The notes beneath the pieces are model-generated. The model saw only the letters and a list, made by a program, of their open reading frames with translations. It was not told the origin of the DNA and made no database searches. DNA of 58,353 bases from Tubiluchus corallicola (Eukaryota > Animalia > Priapulida): the NCBI GenBank assembly GCA_030141605.1, contig JAQGDQ010001160.1:1-58353 (forward strand), written 5' to 3'. Made by a program: the position numbers and the translations under genes. Of the stretch, positions 10,669-39,699 are shown piece after piece. Each line of letters begins with the position of its first letter. Position 1 is the first letter of the stretch.

Positions 10669-11180
10669 TGATTTGATTTGATTTAACATTTTATTTCAAA
10701 CTTTACAAAGTTCATATACACATCACAAATTAATACAAATAATACAATAAATCATGACACACAACAATAATACAAATAACAACTAACGATATAGCAAACT
10801 ACGCCAATGAGGTCTAATTACAGAAGAAAAGTTTACATCACTGTTTAAAATGTTCTTGCATATAAATTTTTACTCTTATTCAGCCTGACGTGTAAACTGT
10901 ATGCACATTTTTTGTGAATCACATCAAAATAAATAAGATTAAGTCTAGCAGAAATATATCTGGCCCTCGTATCATATGAAAAGTTAAACAGCTTCCGTGT
11001 TGATACATTATATGCAACCTTGAGTTTGCTAAGATTGTAAGAATAAAAATGCCTCCAAGTGGACATACAATAAAATGTAGTGCAGTAAGCATTAAACAAT
11101 TGTCTCTTCACGTTAACTGAACAGTGAGTAAATTTCATGAGTAATTTATTTGCTCTACCATAGTAAATTGAACATTGCCA
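10669..11180 (-). mobile_element. 5'-truncated LINE (ORF2 C-terminus, 3' UTR, (AAATC)n tail), relative of the adjacent long LINE
   Basis: KFTHCSVNVKRQLFNAYCTTFYCMSTWRHF aligns with KFHHCSPNVKTHLFNSYCNSFYGMATWRHF of 11694-13208; AATAAA then (AAATC)3 on the - strand. Confidence 0.88.
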
Positions 11181-11474
<294 letters not shown>

Positions 11475-11693
11475 ATTTATTTTTGATTTAACTCTTTATT
11501 TCGAACCAAGCTCATAGAATATATAACATACAATAATTACAAGACATACAATAAGTACAAGACATAAAATAAGTACAAGACATAAAATAATTACAACACC
11601 TCCTCTCAACAAATTAATGCAAATTAATACATAAATAAATAAAATAACAGTACAATATATATATATACAATATCATGCTTCCAGCCTGGATCG

Positions 11694-14600
11694 TTACCCA
11701 TAATTTCTACCTAACACTTTCCTCCATTGGTCTCTTATGTCTGAAGTGTAAAATGCGTCACTGTTATTCAATGCCTGTATAAGAAGATTTGAGCTTTGCA
11801 TTACTCTACAGTATAAACTGTATGCAGTTTTCCTATGTATTACATCAAAGTAAAAAACATCGTGGTCTACTGAAATGGTCCTAGAACTATAATCATATGG
11901 GTAGTTGAAAAGTTTGCGTTTTGAAATATTGTGAGCTACTTTAAGTTTGCTGAGACTGTAGTTATAAAAATGTCGCCAGGTGGCCATACCGTAGAAAGAA
12001 TTACAATAAGAGTTGAACAGATGAGTTTTGACATTAGGTGAACAATGATGAAATTTTCTAAGAATACGGTTCGCTCTAGCACAAAACAGACTTCGTTGTC
12101 TGATAACATCCATGTCGTCTTTGTTATTACTGGTGATGATATGGCCAAGATACTTTTCTGTTTCACACGGTATAATTATTTTACCGGCTACCTCAAGTGA
12201 ACTGAAATTGAACCCACACATACTGGGGGGTGTAATTGTTTTTAGTTTAGTCTTGTCGACGTTTATTACTATGTCATGACTATTTGTGTATTCAACATAC
12301 ATATCAACTAAAGTTTGTAAAGCAGTAGTAGTGGATGCTAGTAAACATCCATCATCAGCAAACATAAGGTGATTTATATAAGTACCACCTATCTGACAAC
12401 CTAGACCGGTAGATGTGAGGTCAGAACTCAAGTCTCTGAAATATAAATTAAATAGTATGGGTGACATTTTTGCACCCTGCCAAACACCCTGCCGAACACC
12501 ATTTGCGACTTTAAATATAGTAGAGCAAAAATTTCCCCGCCTCACAAACATGGTTTGTCGAGAGTAGTAAAAGGCTAATAATCTTATAATAATGTTAGGC
12601 ATATCAGTATCAACCAGTTTTAGAAACATTTTGTAGTAATTTACCCGGTCAAAAGCTTTAGATGCATCTAAGAACAATATGTGTACTGGACTCTGGCGTT
12701 GAATGTAATAGTCAATAACTTCTTTCATGGTATACAAACACATTTCGGTACCCAGTTCATTCACGTAGCCGAACTGATTTGGTGTTGATTGAATTGAGTT
12801 ACCGTATCTGCTTAAAAACAAAATTTCTAATAATTTGCTCGACACTGTGGCTAGTGCTATTGGCCTATAATTATTCTTGGCTGTAATTTCCTTATTTTTG
12901 TCTTTCACAATCGGTACAATGACAGACAACATTAGAGAGTCAGGCAAAAAACAATGTATGACACAAGCGCTATATAAAAGTGATAATACTATTGGCAGCA
13001 TATGTGAAGCAAACCTAAAGTGCTCCGATTTAATTGCATCATTTCCAGCCGATTTGTGCAGAGATAGTTTTGAAATGGCCTCTTGCACTTCTCTCACAGT
13101 GAAAGAACTCACAATACCCATATTATTACCTAACTTCAAGTCTAATTTTGCCGCAAGGTCACCGTTATTTGCAGAATTTAAAATCTTTTTATAGTGCTTC
13201 CCCCACATATCACATATAGCCTTATCGCCTGAAATTTCGTCTATTTTAGGGGGTAGAGGAATTCTTGAATTAGTTTACCTTTTTATCATGGCCCAAAATT
13301 CATAAGAATTACAGTTCATAAACTTATGAGCAATTTTATCTGCGACAATTGTTTTCTCTTGGATCTTGCATTCACGTAATGCAAGCTTAAAACGTGAACG
13401 TGCCTGGCGCATTTCATCAGCAATGAGCCCATTCCGAGGCTTGCCATTCGCACACCAATTTAAAAAACAGTGACGAAAGTGCCTGTGTTTTTCAGAAACG
13501 AATTCGTTCCAGCCAGGTATTATTTTATCCTTTATACGTTCATGATTTTGTGACCGCTTAAAACTAGGCAGCGTATTCTGAGCTGCAAAATTTAGCACAG
13601 ATATAATTGCGTCATGCATCAAAGCAAGTTGTTATCTATGATTGGGGTTCTGACAGTGAATGTCACCACAATAAATTGCGTCGTACGGGACAACGATTCC
13701 AGATAGCAAAGACTGTGTCATTGTTTGGTATTCGAGGAGATGATTACTTTCAGCTTTCTCCCAGTCAACCATAAAAAAGGCACTATTGGTTTACAAGGTG
13801 TGTCCGAATCACACGACACTTGGCCATTCAAAACGTCATTTACAGTGACTGTAGCCGCACCATTAGGTGATAAGGCCATACGATCTATATGCACGTTTAG
13901 TAGTAAGGGCATGTGATCTGAACTTGTTAGCTCATAATTTACACAGATATCTCCAATTAAAGAGTCCATAGCCATAGTACTAATTACATGGTCAAGCCAT
14001 GTAGTTGAGTTGTGGGCTACACTAACGAACGTAAATGAAGAACTTGGCATTTTCGCTACATCAGATATAATATAGTCATTAGCTTTACACGTTTCACTTA
14101 GCTCCGCATAAAATCTTTTTTGAGGATGGGAATTGAAATCCCCGACACAACAAACATAGCTAGACTCTGTAGTTTCAATAATAGAGATGAGAGTGCCTAG
14201 ACAATGCCTAAATTCATCAAAATTATTATCAGCTTCATAGGGAAAGTAAACATTAATTAATACAAGTGGCATTAACTTATCAGGAAATGAAAGAGAAATA
14301 CCCATTACTCTGCATTCGTCATCATAGGTAAGTATTTTACTGGTAACAGGAAGAGTTTTTCGCCACAAGATAGCCAAGCCTCCTTGTGGTCTACCATCTG
14401 GTATTCCTGTAGAGAAATCGGTTGGTGAAACTCCATGGCCATAGAATTCTGGGTGAATGCAAGATAGGTGTTCTAGTTCTTGTTTAGGCAACATCGTTTC
14501 TTGCAAAAGTAGCACATCAATAGATTTGCACAGTTCCTGTAGTACGTATTGAGACTCAGGGTGCAACACTGAATTACAGTTATAGCTCGCTACCTTCAGA

Positions 14601-14698
14601 GTCTGTATTTGTGTTTGGTTGCAATTCTTTATTATCAGTATGATTACTGGTGCTGCTGGTGGCGCCGCCACATTCCGTTTGCTGATTAAGTGTCTCAT
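11694..14698 (-). pseudogene. LINE ORF2 (apurinic endonuclease + reverse transcriptase), disrupted
   Basis: EN motifs SYNCN, LQET, GDFN, WLDH, SDH; RT motifs NYRPIAL, QFGY, DASKAFD, FADD. One frameshift near 13770, in-frame stops at 13632-13634 and 13275-13277, and a 12-nt duplication in the RT QG motif (GVRQGVWQG). Confidence 0.9.
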
Positions 14699-15950
14699 TC
14701 CCTGCTTCTCTATTTCCTACTGGTCTATAGCCGTCGTTTGATATTGCCTTTGCTTTCTGCGTTAAAGGCTGATTCACAGTCAGTTTTGCAGCTCTAGAAG
14801 TATAGAATGGCTTCATCAGCGTGCCAACTGGCCATAACTCTGCGTTCATAATTTTATCATACTCGTCCGTACCATGACAGCTTATAACAAATGAGGAGTA
14901 TGTATTAAATTTTGTCTTAAGTTGTTCCACACTAACAGTAATGTTACACGATTCATCTACAAAACGCTGAACCTCCGTTGCGTCGGTACTAGGATCTAGA
15001 CGGGTAATGAATATTCGTCGTAGAGGTTTGCTCGGTCTTAAGAATACTCCAAGGCCAGTAGCAGATCCCGTGATGACTTTCTTGGATTCTCTATTATTCA
15101 CATTGCGTGGGCGCCGCCGTTTTTTCACAATCGTGAATCCGTCATTGTCGTCATCAACAATCTTGTCGCTCGTTTGCTGCTTGCTCACGTTTGTAGGTTC
15201 AGTGTTCACTAGACAGCTTCTGGTTGTTTCAGAGTAACTTTTCTTTTGTGATGAGTCTGTTTTTGAAGACACGGGAGGCACAGCTTTGGACAGATGTACT
15301 TTTAGCAGAGCATCAAGCTCAGCCCTAGAAACTGAGTTTTCTTTCAGTTCTTGGAGTTCCTGCTGAACCGTTTGCAATTTCTTAACAATGACAGATGTAT
15401 CAACTGATTTCAGCGTCATTGGTGGCATTTTATGGGAGTATGCTGACACAAACCTAGGCGACGGTACTGCGTCCATAATTTGCCCATATTGCAAAAGCTT
15501 AAGAATATCCATTGCATTTGCCCTTCTCTTCGTGGGACCGATCCTGTTCTTAGTGAAGTCAGGCTTTTCGGTGGCTTCTGCAGGAATAAAGTCTAAGAGT
15601 AATGCTTTTGCATCTTCACATTCTTCATCAGTGTAATGGTCATGGATGATAGTTGCAAGATCTAAATAAGTCGCACCAGCTTCAAGCTGGTTTTGGGCAA
15701 AATAATTTAATTCGCTGTGTATGAGCACCAGCTTCTCGGCATTAATTTGACAGGATCTGATGTTAGGAGTTGCGTGCCAATTGACCGATCCTCCCTGGGA
15801 TGATGATAATTCGTGTATAGAGTCACTATCGTCTAGAGCTACTTTCCTGGACGTACAGCACTTTGTACAGATAGTAAGCTGCCCAAACTCTGTGCGTGGT
15901 ATAGCATCCGGGTATTTCCTCCTGCATAACTGACACGTGGATGGAGCCAT
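14580..15950 (-). CDS. LINE ORF1 protein, 456 aa, intact
   Basis: N-terminal CxxC...CxxC, coiled coil (VKKLQTVQQELQELKE), basic patch, C-terminal IFITRL...YSSF...WPxG domain typical of LINE ORF1; overlaps the ORF2 start. Confidence 0.88.
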   Translation of the reverse strand: MAPSTCQLCRRKYPDAIPRTEFGQLTICTKCCTSRKVALDDSDSIHELSSSQGGSVNWHATPNIRSCQINAEKLVLIHSELNYFAQNQLEAGATYLDLATIIHDHYTDEECEDAKALLLDFIPAEATEKPDFTKNRIGPTKRRANAMDILKLLQYGQIMDAVPSPRFVSAYSHKMPPMTLKSVDTSVIVKKLQTVQQELQELKENSVSRAELDALLKVHLSKAVPPVSSKTDSSQKKSYSETTRSCLVNTEPTNVSKQQTSDKIVDDDNDGFTIVKKRRRPRNVNNRESKKVITGSATGLGVFLRPSKPLRRIFITRLDPSTDATEVQRFVDESCNITVSVEQLKTKFNTYSSFVISCHGTDEYDKIMNAELWPVGTLMKPFYTSRAAKLTVNQPLTQKAKAISNDGYRPVGNREAGNETLNQQTECGGATSSTSNHTDNKELQPNTNTDSEGSEL

Positions 15951-16207
15951 AGTGCTGCTTAATCACCCAATTGTCATGACAATACGTAGGTGATTACCAG
16001 TCAAGAATGCTTTAAATTTCCAAGACCAACCTGTCATACAAGTTCTTGGCCCAACGTATGTTAACAATATTTTCACAAATATGTTTTTCCGCTAATATTC
16101 ACACTAGTATTAATCAATCTCCAAAAATATTATTATAATCACATTCCTTATCTCTTTATACACACGATGGTATAAGTCCGAACTTGCGCAATAACCTGCG
16201 CAGGTGA

Positions 16208-16410
<203 letters not shown>

Positions 16411-17089
16411 AATAGGTTTATGAAATCATTCTGGAAGAACACGTGAACGCTGAATCATGTTTCAAATGTCACAGTAACGTGGCAATGTTCAAATGATTAA
16501 AAGCAATTCACAATATCGTCTTCGGGCGGAACTACTTCAAGAATCGTTTGACACCAAATGGTGACTGAATCTAAAACAAAACCAAATGAAAGCATTAAAT
16601 GTCAACAAAATAAACGGATGCATAAGACAGTCCGGCAATTGGATAAAATTTATTGCTGGACTATCAAAAAGCAGACATATAGATACCATATTGCAGGTCT
16701 GCTAGCTACTCCAGATTGTACAAATTTAGGCAAAGTTGTCTAAATACAGGCTTCCTATCTGGACAGTAGAAAATCATTTTAATTACTCTAAATTTAAATT
16801 TATGTTGTATTGTCATCATACATTTTTGAGTTTTGAATAGTGCTGCCACCAGGTGTTCTTGTTAAAATTGTTAAATCTTTCTCTTTACTGTTTAAATCTT
16901 CATTGGCTTCTACAGTCTTTATGAATGCATAATCTCTAAACCTGTTTTCACATCTAAATAATTTCACCTGTAGTTTTGGTCACCTGGTTTTCTGCTTTTC
17001 AACATGACACTACTTCACTGTTTATGTAGACACTTCAGAGTAAAATATTAAAACTAAATTTCAAGTTTTTTGGTTTCTTCAAACCACCA

Positions 17090-17510
17090 TCTATATCACA
17101 TTCAAATGAACTTGTAGTTGTACTGACTTAAAAGCACAAGAAAACCCTCCAGCTCCTGTAATTTTTGAGGCGGATTTAACAACTTGATCAAGAGCTGGAT
17201 TATATGGAGCATCACAGGAAGTTGGATATTTTAAATTGATAAAAATAAAATTAGGTAAGTGGTCAGAAAGATCCTTAACATTTTTGTCAATTCGCTGGGT
17301 AATGACTTCTATGCTGGTAATTTCCTTGCCTATTAAAGTAGCGGAATATTCAGTTATTGTAGTAGGTCTAGTAATAGTTGGAAATAGACAATCAGAAAGC
17401 ATAAAGTCAAGGAAATACTATGATTTAAAAGATTGATATTATATTCACCTGCTAATAAAACTTAGTTAATGAGAGATTAAAGCTTTAAAGCACAAGAAAA
17501 CCCTCCACTT
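17090..17510 (-). mobile_element. Decayed LINE endonuclease fragment (CR1/L2-group-like)
   Basis: Remnant motifs LAGEYNINLL (GDFN), PTITRPTTITEYSATLI, LSDHLPNF; 21-bp direct repeat at 17131-17151 and 17487-17507. Confidence 0.7.
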
Positions 17511-17549
17511 ACATAAAGCTTAATAAGTTCGTTTTGAAATTTTATATCA

Positions 17550-18060
17550 CTTACGTACTGCCTTTTTAGATGCAGGACTTCAATCGGCAGTCTCGCTGTT
17601 TTTTTAAACGGTGTAAATTTAAACTTCCGCGATGGCCGTTAGACGCAGCCATTTTGACGATAAGTCATTTGAAACAAGTTTAGGTAACTTTGTGTAAACT
17701 TTGAAAAAAAATAATCAGAGCATTCGTAGCGCACACGTCACTAACTGAGTAAAATTTTAAATTACTGTATCTTGTGAATAAGATTAGAAATGCGTTTTTT
17801 GGTTAGTGAGTGGTGCACCCTGGAGGGTGAGTCAGCGACATTTTACCAATTGGTGAAAATATTTAAAATTATTAAAAATCTCTTTTCTAGTTACATAAGT
17901 CTTTCCAGCTGCTAAGCGAAATGCTAAGTAATGTAGATTTGCATGGAAAGTTTTTGGGACATAATTTGACATTTCCTTTTCTTCCAATGATTTACCTTGT
18001 GCGTATATGACGTCACGTAATGGCGCCGTCGGAACAGTGTTGCGGGAAATTTAAAATTTA
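17550..18060. mobile_element. Dispersed MITE-like repeat, copy A (direct copy at 26605-27105)
   Basis: Collinear with 26605-27105; imperfect inverted ends (AAATTTAAACTTCCGC / GCGGGAAATTTAAAATTT). Confidence 0.75.
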
Positions 18061-18310
18061 CCGCCCCCAAGCGTGAAGTAATCGCGATTTTAAATTGAAA
18101 TTATTAATTACACGAGGTGCTTATCTGAATTTCATTACGAAACTAAGACTTTTCTCAAATATTAGAATAAACTCAACTTCCTGAGAGACTTGGCTTTTGC
18201 TTTAAGATGTAGCTCATTAAAACAGAATCAAGGCAAATTACCGAACCCAACTGCAAAAGAAATTTTAAATAACAATTTTGCATCATTATTACTATATTGT
18301 CAGCCAATAT

Positions 18311-18567
18311 TGTTACAAAACCGGATGGTGTTAATAAGCTTAGAATTCCGTAGTTGAACTTAAAAGCAGACTTGCCAGGAATCGATCTCGTGTACTTCTT
18401 ACTGGTTGACAAGAACGAAAAATTGACGAGATATTGAACACATCTAGCTCGTTCTGCTACCGAATCGACGAAGCCGTTCCGCCGCTATGCAATGGCTTCG
18501 TGCGGAAGAGACCATCACAATGTTAAGGGGTGGTGTCGAAAATAAAGGGCATTTAGCCCCAGTGACA
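18311..18567. mobile_element. LTR-like dispersed repeat (TG...CA), related to 29632-29831 + 31327-31491
   Basis: Shares CGGATGGTG near the start and CTATGCAATGGCTTCGT..GAGACCAYCACAATGT..AGGGGTGG near the end; no clean TSD. Confidence 0.5.
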
Positions 18568-18628
18568 ATTTAATCAATGCTTCGAAAAATATCAGTGTAA
18601 ACGTTGTCCAAAAATACCCATGACTTAC

Positions 18629-34561
<15,933 letters not shown>

Positions 34562-35866
34562 CTGTAAGAAAATACAGAAATGACAGAACCGTTTGAATTT
34601 TAAAAACAGCAGATTAGAATTTAACTTATCAAAGTTAACTAGGTTGTAATGGAGCAACAGGGATTGTAAGAAATTGCAGAGACATGTACAAAATTTCTTA
34701 ACAAGCAACTGTCATCTGTGGTACATTGTCACACTCTATCTATTTCTGTGTTTTTAATTTTGTTTGATTCTGTTCTTCTGGTTCTGTAATGGTCCTGGTG
34801 GATACAGTGTCTGTGTCACATTCACATGCTTCAGGTTTCCCTTATTGTAGTTCCCACTTGTTGTAAATTGTGCAAAATCTAGAAGTTTCGTGTTTCATTC
34901 TTAGAATGCTCACTGTTGTGGTTCTTCATTGTGCAGACTTGAACTCATCGTTTACTATGTCATGTTCTTTTCTGGTACTAAGACAAAATTTTTACATTTC
35001 CCAGCAATTTTCTTCGTTACAACCTCGTTTATTTCGATACGTTAAATTCTAATCTGTTGTTTTGTAGTTTCAGTTTGTGTCTTTGTACAATCATTAATGC
35101 ATTGTTTGCATGTTGCTTATATACTAAGTATGTAAAACTCTAAACGTTTTTTTAAAATCCAACCCTTCTGCAACACAATTTCAGTTTATGATAAATCAAC
35201 ACATCTGACCAGTTTGTCCCCCATTCCACCAGCGACCTTGCTTCCTCATCATACCATGACAACTGCCGGTAGGCGGCACTTCCAGTTGGGAGACAACTTC
35301 AGAAAGAAAACGTAATTGTAAAACCCAAGAAAGAAAACTTGTGGTAAAAAAATTAACAGAGGTTTATCAAGAGAGACAACTATAAGCAAAAAAGCCTACT
35401 TATAGGCGTCGCCCTACGGATGTACGGTAATCTGTTTTAAGACATTTATGGTAATGCCTTTGTGTTATTGCTACTGTCTTGTGATGATTAAGATCTTGTA
35501 TGAAACTAACACTTTCGCTTTGAAACTGAGTATTTATGGCATTTAAAAAATAGAACGTTACCTCCGTAGTTAAGAGACATGGCCTGTCTCTCTCCGTAGT
35601 TAAGAGAGTTGTTCTGGCCTGTCTTTGGCTGTCCAATTTTGCAGTTTTTCGTGTAATTGCTCTCACAACTTACTATAAAGACAAACAGGTTAGTCAGTAA
35701 AATGATATCAGGCATTGAAAACTAAACCATTTATAATGCTATTGTAACAATGTGAATCATTATGCAACATGAGTGACCTTGGTGTGTGCTTTGCTTGGAT
35801 ATTAACTGCACATTTCCACCAACTTTGGGACGATTATAACTGCCCAAACATGTCTAAGCACAAGAG

Positions 35867-36472
35867 TAGTGGCGGCTCGTGTAGAGGTACTGCAGCGCCC
35901 CCTGTTTTCACTCATTATTACCAATAATATTCAATATAATAAGTGTTTTTTCTTTAATTGTTTCTTTATACTTGTGAGGAACCGGAACACGTGAGGGAAT
36001 ACAATTTGCTTTCATAGCCCATAGCAATGTGGTGTTTAGCTGTTGTGCGCATGCGTTCATGCGCACATGTTTGAGATAACATGCTGCACACTATCGTCTG
36101 CTGCTAGATAGAAAAGTACTGTGTCTGTTCACAGTAACAATTGCCACGTGCTTCCGTCATATTCTTGGATGTGATAAAATCTAAACTTAACGTGTGTGCT
36201 TAAAACATAAATTATTTACTAATGGACGCCTTGCATCCCCAAGAAATAAGTTCTGTGACTGTAAGTGAACTACAACAGCTTAATTTTTCACAGTTGTCTC
36301 TCCATGAGAAAGTTGCAGTTAAAAAAGGGGTCGTTCAACACCCGATCTTCAAATATAATTACAACATTAAAATTGCATATGATTGTTACGTTTTACACAG
36401 TATTAAAACAATGGTAAGCATTTTCTGAAGCAGCGGAGCACCCCCACTAATTTTAACCACGAGCCGCCACTG
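35867..36472 (+). mobile_element. Non-autonomous hAT element, copy A
   Basis: TIR YAGTGGCGGCTCGTG / CACGAGCCGCCACTG; remnant transposase N-terminus (MDALHPQE...FSQLSLHEKVAVKK); collinear with 46388-46981. Confidence 0.8.
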
Positions 36473-36855
36473 CTTACGTAGTACACAGGTAGCGTAGCTA
36501 GTGTAATACTCAAATTCATTACTAATACAAGTGACATTCTTTAGACATTAATGTTCAAAAGGGAGGCTTTATTTAAACAATGGCAGCCGTAAAATGAGAA
36601 TCACGTGGTATTAATGGCCATTAACAGTTTGCATCATCAGCTTTTATGCATTAATGCCATTGTTGGAGTGAATAGCGAAATTCCATAAAATCTTGATGGA
36701 ATTCACAGAAGTCTATTTCTGTTAATAAAATAAAGTTACAAAACTGTGAGTTCACAAATAGATTTTGATCTCTTCTAACTAATTAATCCAAACAACCAAA
36801 AACAAACAGTACTGACCAATCAAACTTCACGTTAGGCAATTACTGGTGTTACAGC

Positions 36856-37181
36856 TGTTTTGGAGTTTATTCTGGAATATTCCATAGTATAGTTGAACAA
36901 TCTTCTTACCTTGTAGAAGTTTCGAGAACTTTCTATTTCTATATTGTTCCTTTGCACTGATACGTAAGGCGGGACTGGCCTTTGGAGTTTATTCTCTTGT
37001 ACCTCGTATTCTCAGATTCTCAGATACGCTTTCACATTTCCAGATTATCACATTTACTGTAAACATTTCGCGTTCCTTCATACTTTTGTGTTGTAGAATT
37101 CTCGTATAATAAACTAGCTTAATTTGACGACGTGTTTTCTGATTTTCTCTACGAGCCTTCCGAGAGAAACAAAACACAACA
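36856..37181 (+). mobile_element. Solo LTR, family copy 3 (opposite orientation)
   Basis: Reverse complement of 30480-30833; TG...ACAACA; flanks ACAGC/GCGGC. Confidence 0.8.
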
Positions 37182-37539
37182 GCGGCTATTCTGTAAAACT
37201 TAGTATTACTTGAACTTAAAATAGAACATTGTGATAATATATATACTATGTTAGCTTATGTTTAACAAAGTAATTATTCTTATAATTCAAAGTAATTATC
37301 AACACTGACATTGTTGCAGCTATGAAAACATTAAGGTAATGAAGCAGATCCAGCAAAAACGTAAGGCTCGAATCTTGAAAAACAAAAATATTAGCAATTC
37401 TGGAATGTGTCAACATAAATCATGGCAGTCTGGCTACTGCTGCTCAAGCCAACTCACCTACCCAAACCAGGTGAAACAGGTGGCAGCACTTAAACAAGAA
37501 CATCAATTTTCTGTTAGATATTAAAGCAAAGTGAAACAA

Positions 37540-37762
37540 ATTTTCGCCTAATGCAGAGAGGCTGCCACAGCCATTAACATCCTGTCGACATTAGCAACGG
37601 ATCTCAATGACCTTAATGAGCCATTTCAAAAAACAATGCTACTGAATGAGAATAATGCAGATTTGCTACCACAGCCAAATCACATCCTGTCGCCATTAGC
37701 AACGGATCTCAATGACCTTAATGGGCCATTTCAAAAAACAATGCTACTGAATGAGAATAATG
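37540..37762. repeat. Local tandem duplication (~115-bp period, 2 copies)
   Basis: CATTAGCAACGGATCTCAATGACCTTAATGRGCCATTTCAAAAAACAATGCTACTGAATGAGAATAATG occurs twice. Confidence 0.85.
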
Positions 37763-38676
37763 TAAAGGTGGAGAAAAAAAATCATGAGTTCTAATGGCAT
37801 TAATAAGCCTTTCACAGTCCCAGCGATTGACGATGATCGTGAAAATGTCAAAGGTTAAGTGCATCAGACAACACATTTGTGTACACTTGACAACGCCTCG
37901 TAGCCCAATAGTAACAGTTTTAACAGCTAGCTAGAACCTTACCTAGTTCATTTTTTCTTGCTCCCAAGTATGATCCTGCCAGTAAATCACTCTGCGCACA
38001 GACTAATGCGTAATTACGTAAAGTCTACGCAAAAGAACTGCAATTACTGAACTGATGCGGTAGACGGCTTTGCGATACTGCTATACACTTGACATTTGTC
38101 CTACAGCAACTGCGCGTGCGCACAACGAAACTGTGAAAACGCTGATTGCATTCACAGTGAATAAGCATCTAAACATAATTATTTATCCTAATGTGAATTT
38201 AGTTAGCATGAATAATAGCAGTCTTGGGCATCGTCTACATTTGCATCACTTGGTCTTTCATATGTAGCCCTGTGGGATCATTGACGCTTTGCCTTGGGCA
38301 TTAATGAAGCCACGTAGTTGCAAATTAAAGAGTCGAGCCGGTAATATTCGCAATGCCTAGAAGCCTAGTATTATTGTCAAATTGACTCCAGAAAACAACT
38401 CTTGCAATGAACAAACTCACTGGAACAATTTCTTATATTTTTGGTCAGTGTTGAAAGTCTGAGCGTAGAATACTCACGCACAAACGTGTGATGATGTAAT
38501 TAACTGTGTTTTAATTAAGATAATAATGCTGTTTGCCATTTAATTATCAAATTATGGTTTGTAAGTTTGATTTTGTGCAGTACGTACTGTCATGTTGCAA
38601 ACAATCATACAAAATTTCTAAACAAATTTTGCCTGCAAAAGCTTAACTAATAATTGCAAAATTAATGAATGAATTA

Positions 38677-39074
38677 CCGTATATACTCGCATATAAGCCT
38701 ACATCGCATATAAGCCGACCCCCTAAAACTGCTTTAAAATGGCCAGTTTTTGCAAAAACCCGTATACAAGCCGACCATCAACTTGTCTAATTTTACTCCA
38801 TACCCAATCAACAAAATTGATCCCTTACTGAAATGTGAATTTTTTCTAAAAAAAAAAGTGGGTGGACGGCGATCCCCCACGATCCCCCTCCAATACACCA
38901 CTGGTGACACATAACCAAATAAAGAGTCAGATAGCGATGAAAATGTGTGGCTGGAAAATTGGCATTAGTGTCTGTCCTTGTGTTCATTTTGTTTCATGCG
39001 CATATAAGCCGACCCCCTGATTTCAGTATTGTATTTTATAGTTCTAAATTCGGCTTATATGCGAGTATATACGG
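38677..39074. mobile_element. Tc2/pogo-like MITE
   Basis: TA|CCGTATATACTCGCATATAAGCC ... GGCTTATATGCGAGTATATACGG|TA; internal TAAGCCGACC repeats. Confidence 0.9.
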
Positions 39075-39114
39075 TAATAGTTAATATGTCAAACAATTAC
39101 TAAATTTGCTTTAC

Positions 39115-39186
39115 CTGCTTTGAGCTATTGTAGCTTTCAGAGACGTACATGCTGATTGATGATACGTGTCTACCTTTAGTTTCCAT
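39115..39186 (-). CDS. Candidate first coding exon of the SLC7 gene (uncertain)
   Basis: aagATGG context, METKGRHVSSISMYVSESYNSSKQ|gtaaag ends in phase 0, which does not join the phase-1 exon at 34561 unless the internal donor AAAG|GTAGAC or another exon is used. Confidence 0.2.
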
Positions 39187-39352
39187 CTTGTTAGGTACAG
39201 CCTAAGTTTTATCGATATCATAAACTGCTTTATCACTGTTAAGGTATTATTTATTGACGGTTGTACATACAGACTGGGAAATTCACTTTATAACAGTGCA
39301 GAGTAAAGCTGTAAAATAGCCATACACTTTGTGTTATTATGGAATGGAGTTT

Positions 39353-39444
39353 GAGAAAGAGGGAGAGGGAGAGAGAGAGGGACAGAGAGAGAGGGAGAGA
39401 GAGAGAGAGGAGGGAGGGAGAGAGAGAGGAGAGGGAGAGAGAGG

Positions 39445-39489
<45 letters not shown>

Positions 39490-39598
39490 AGGGTGGGAGA
39501 GAGAGAGAGGGGGAGGGAAGGAGGGTGGCGGAGAGAGAGAGAGAGAGGGGGGAGAGAGAGAGAGAAAAAGAGAGAGGGGGAGAGAGAGGGGGGAGAGG

Positions 39599-39637
<39 letters not shown>

Positions 39638-39699
39638 GGAGGGAGAGAGAGAGAGAGAGAGAGGGAGAGGAGGGTGTGTGTGTGTGAGAGAGAGAGAGA
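39353..39699. repeat. (GA/GGA)n purine microsatellite
   Basis: Visible. Confidence 0.95.

Noticed and set aside
17131-17507. 21-bp direct repeat as a target-site duplication
   Set aside because: The repeat itself translates as the endonuclease GG motif (GGFSCA), so duplication within decayed LINE sequence is at least as likely.
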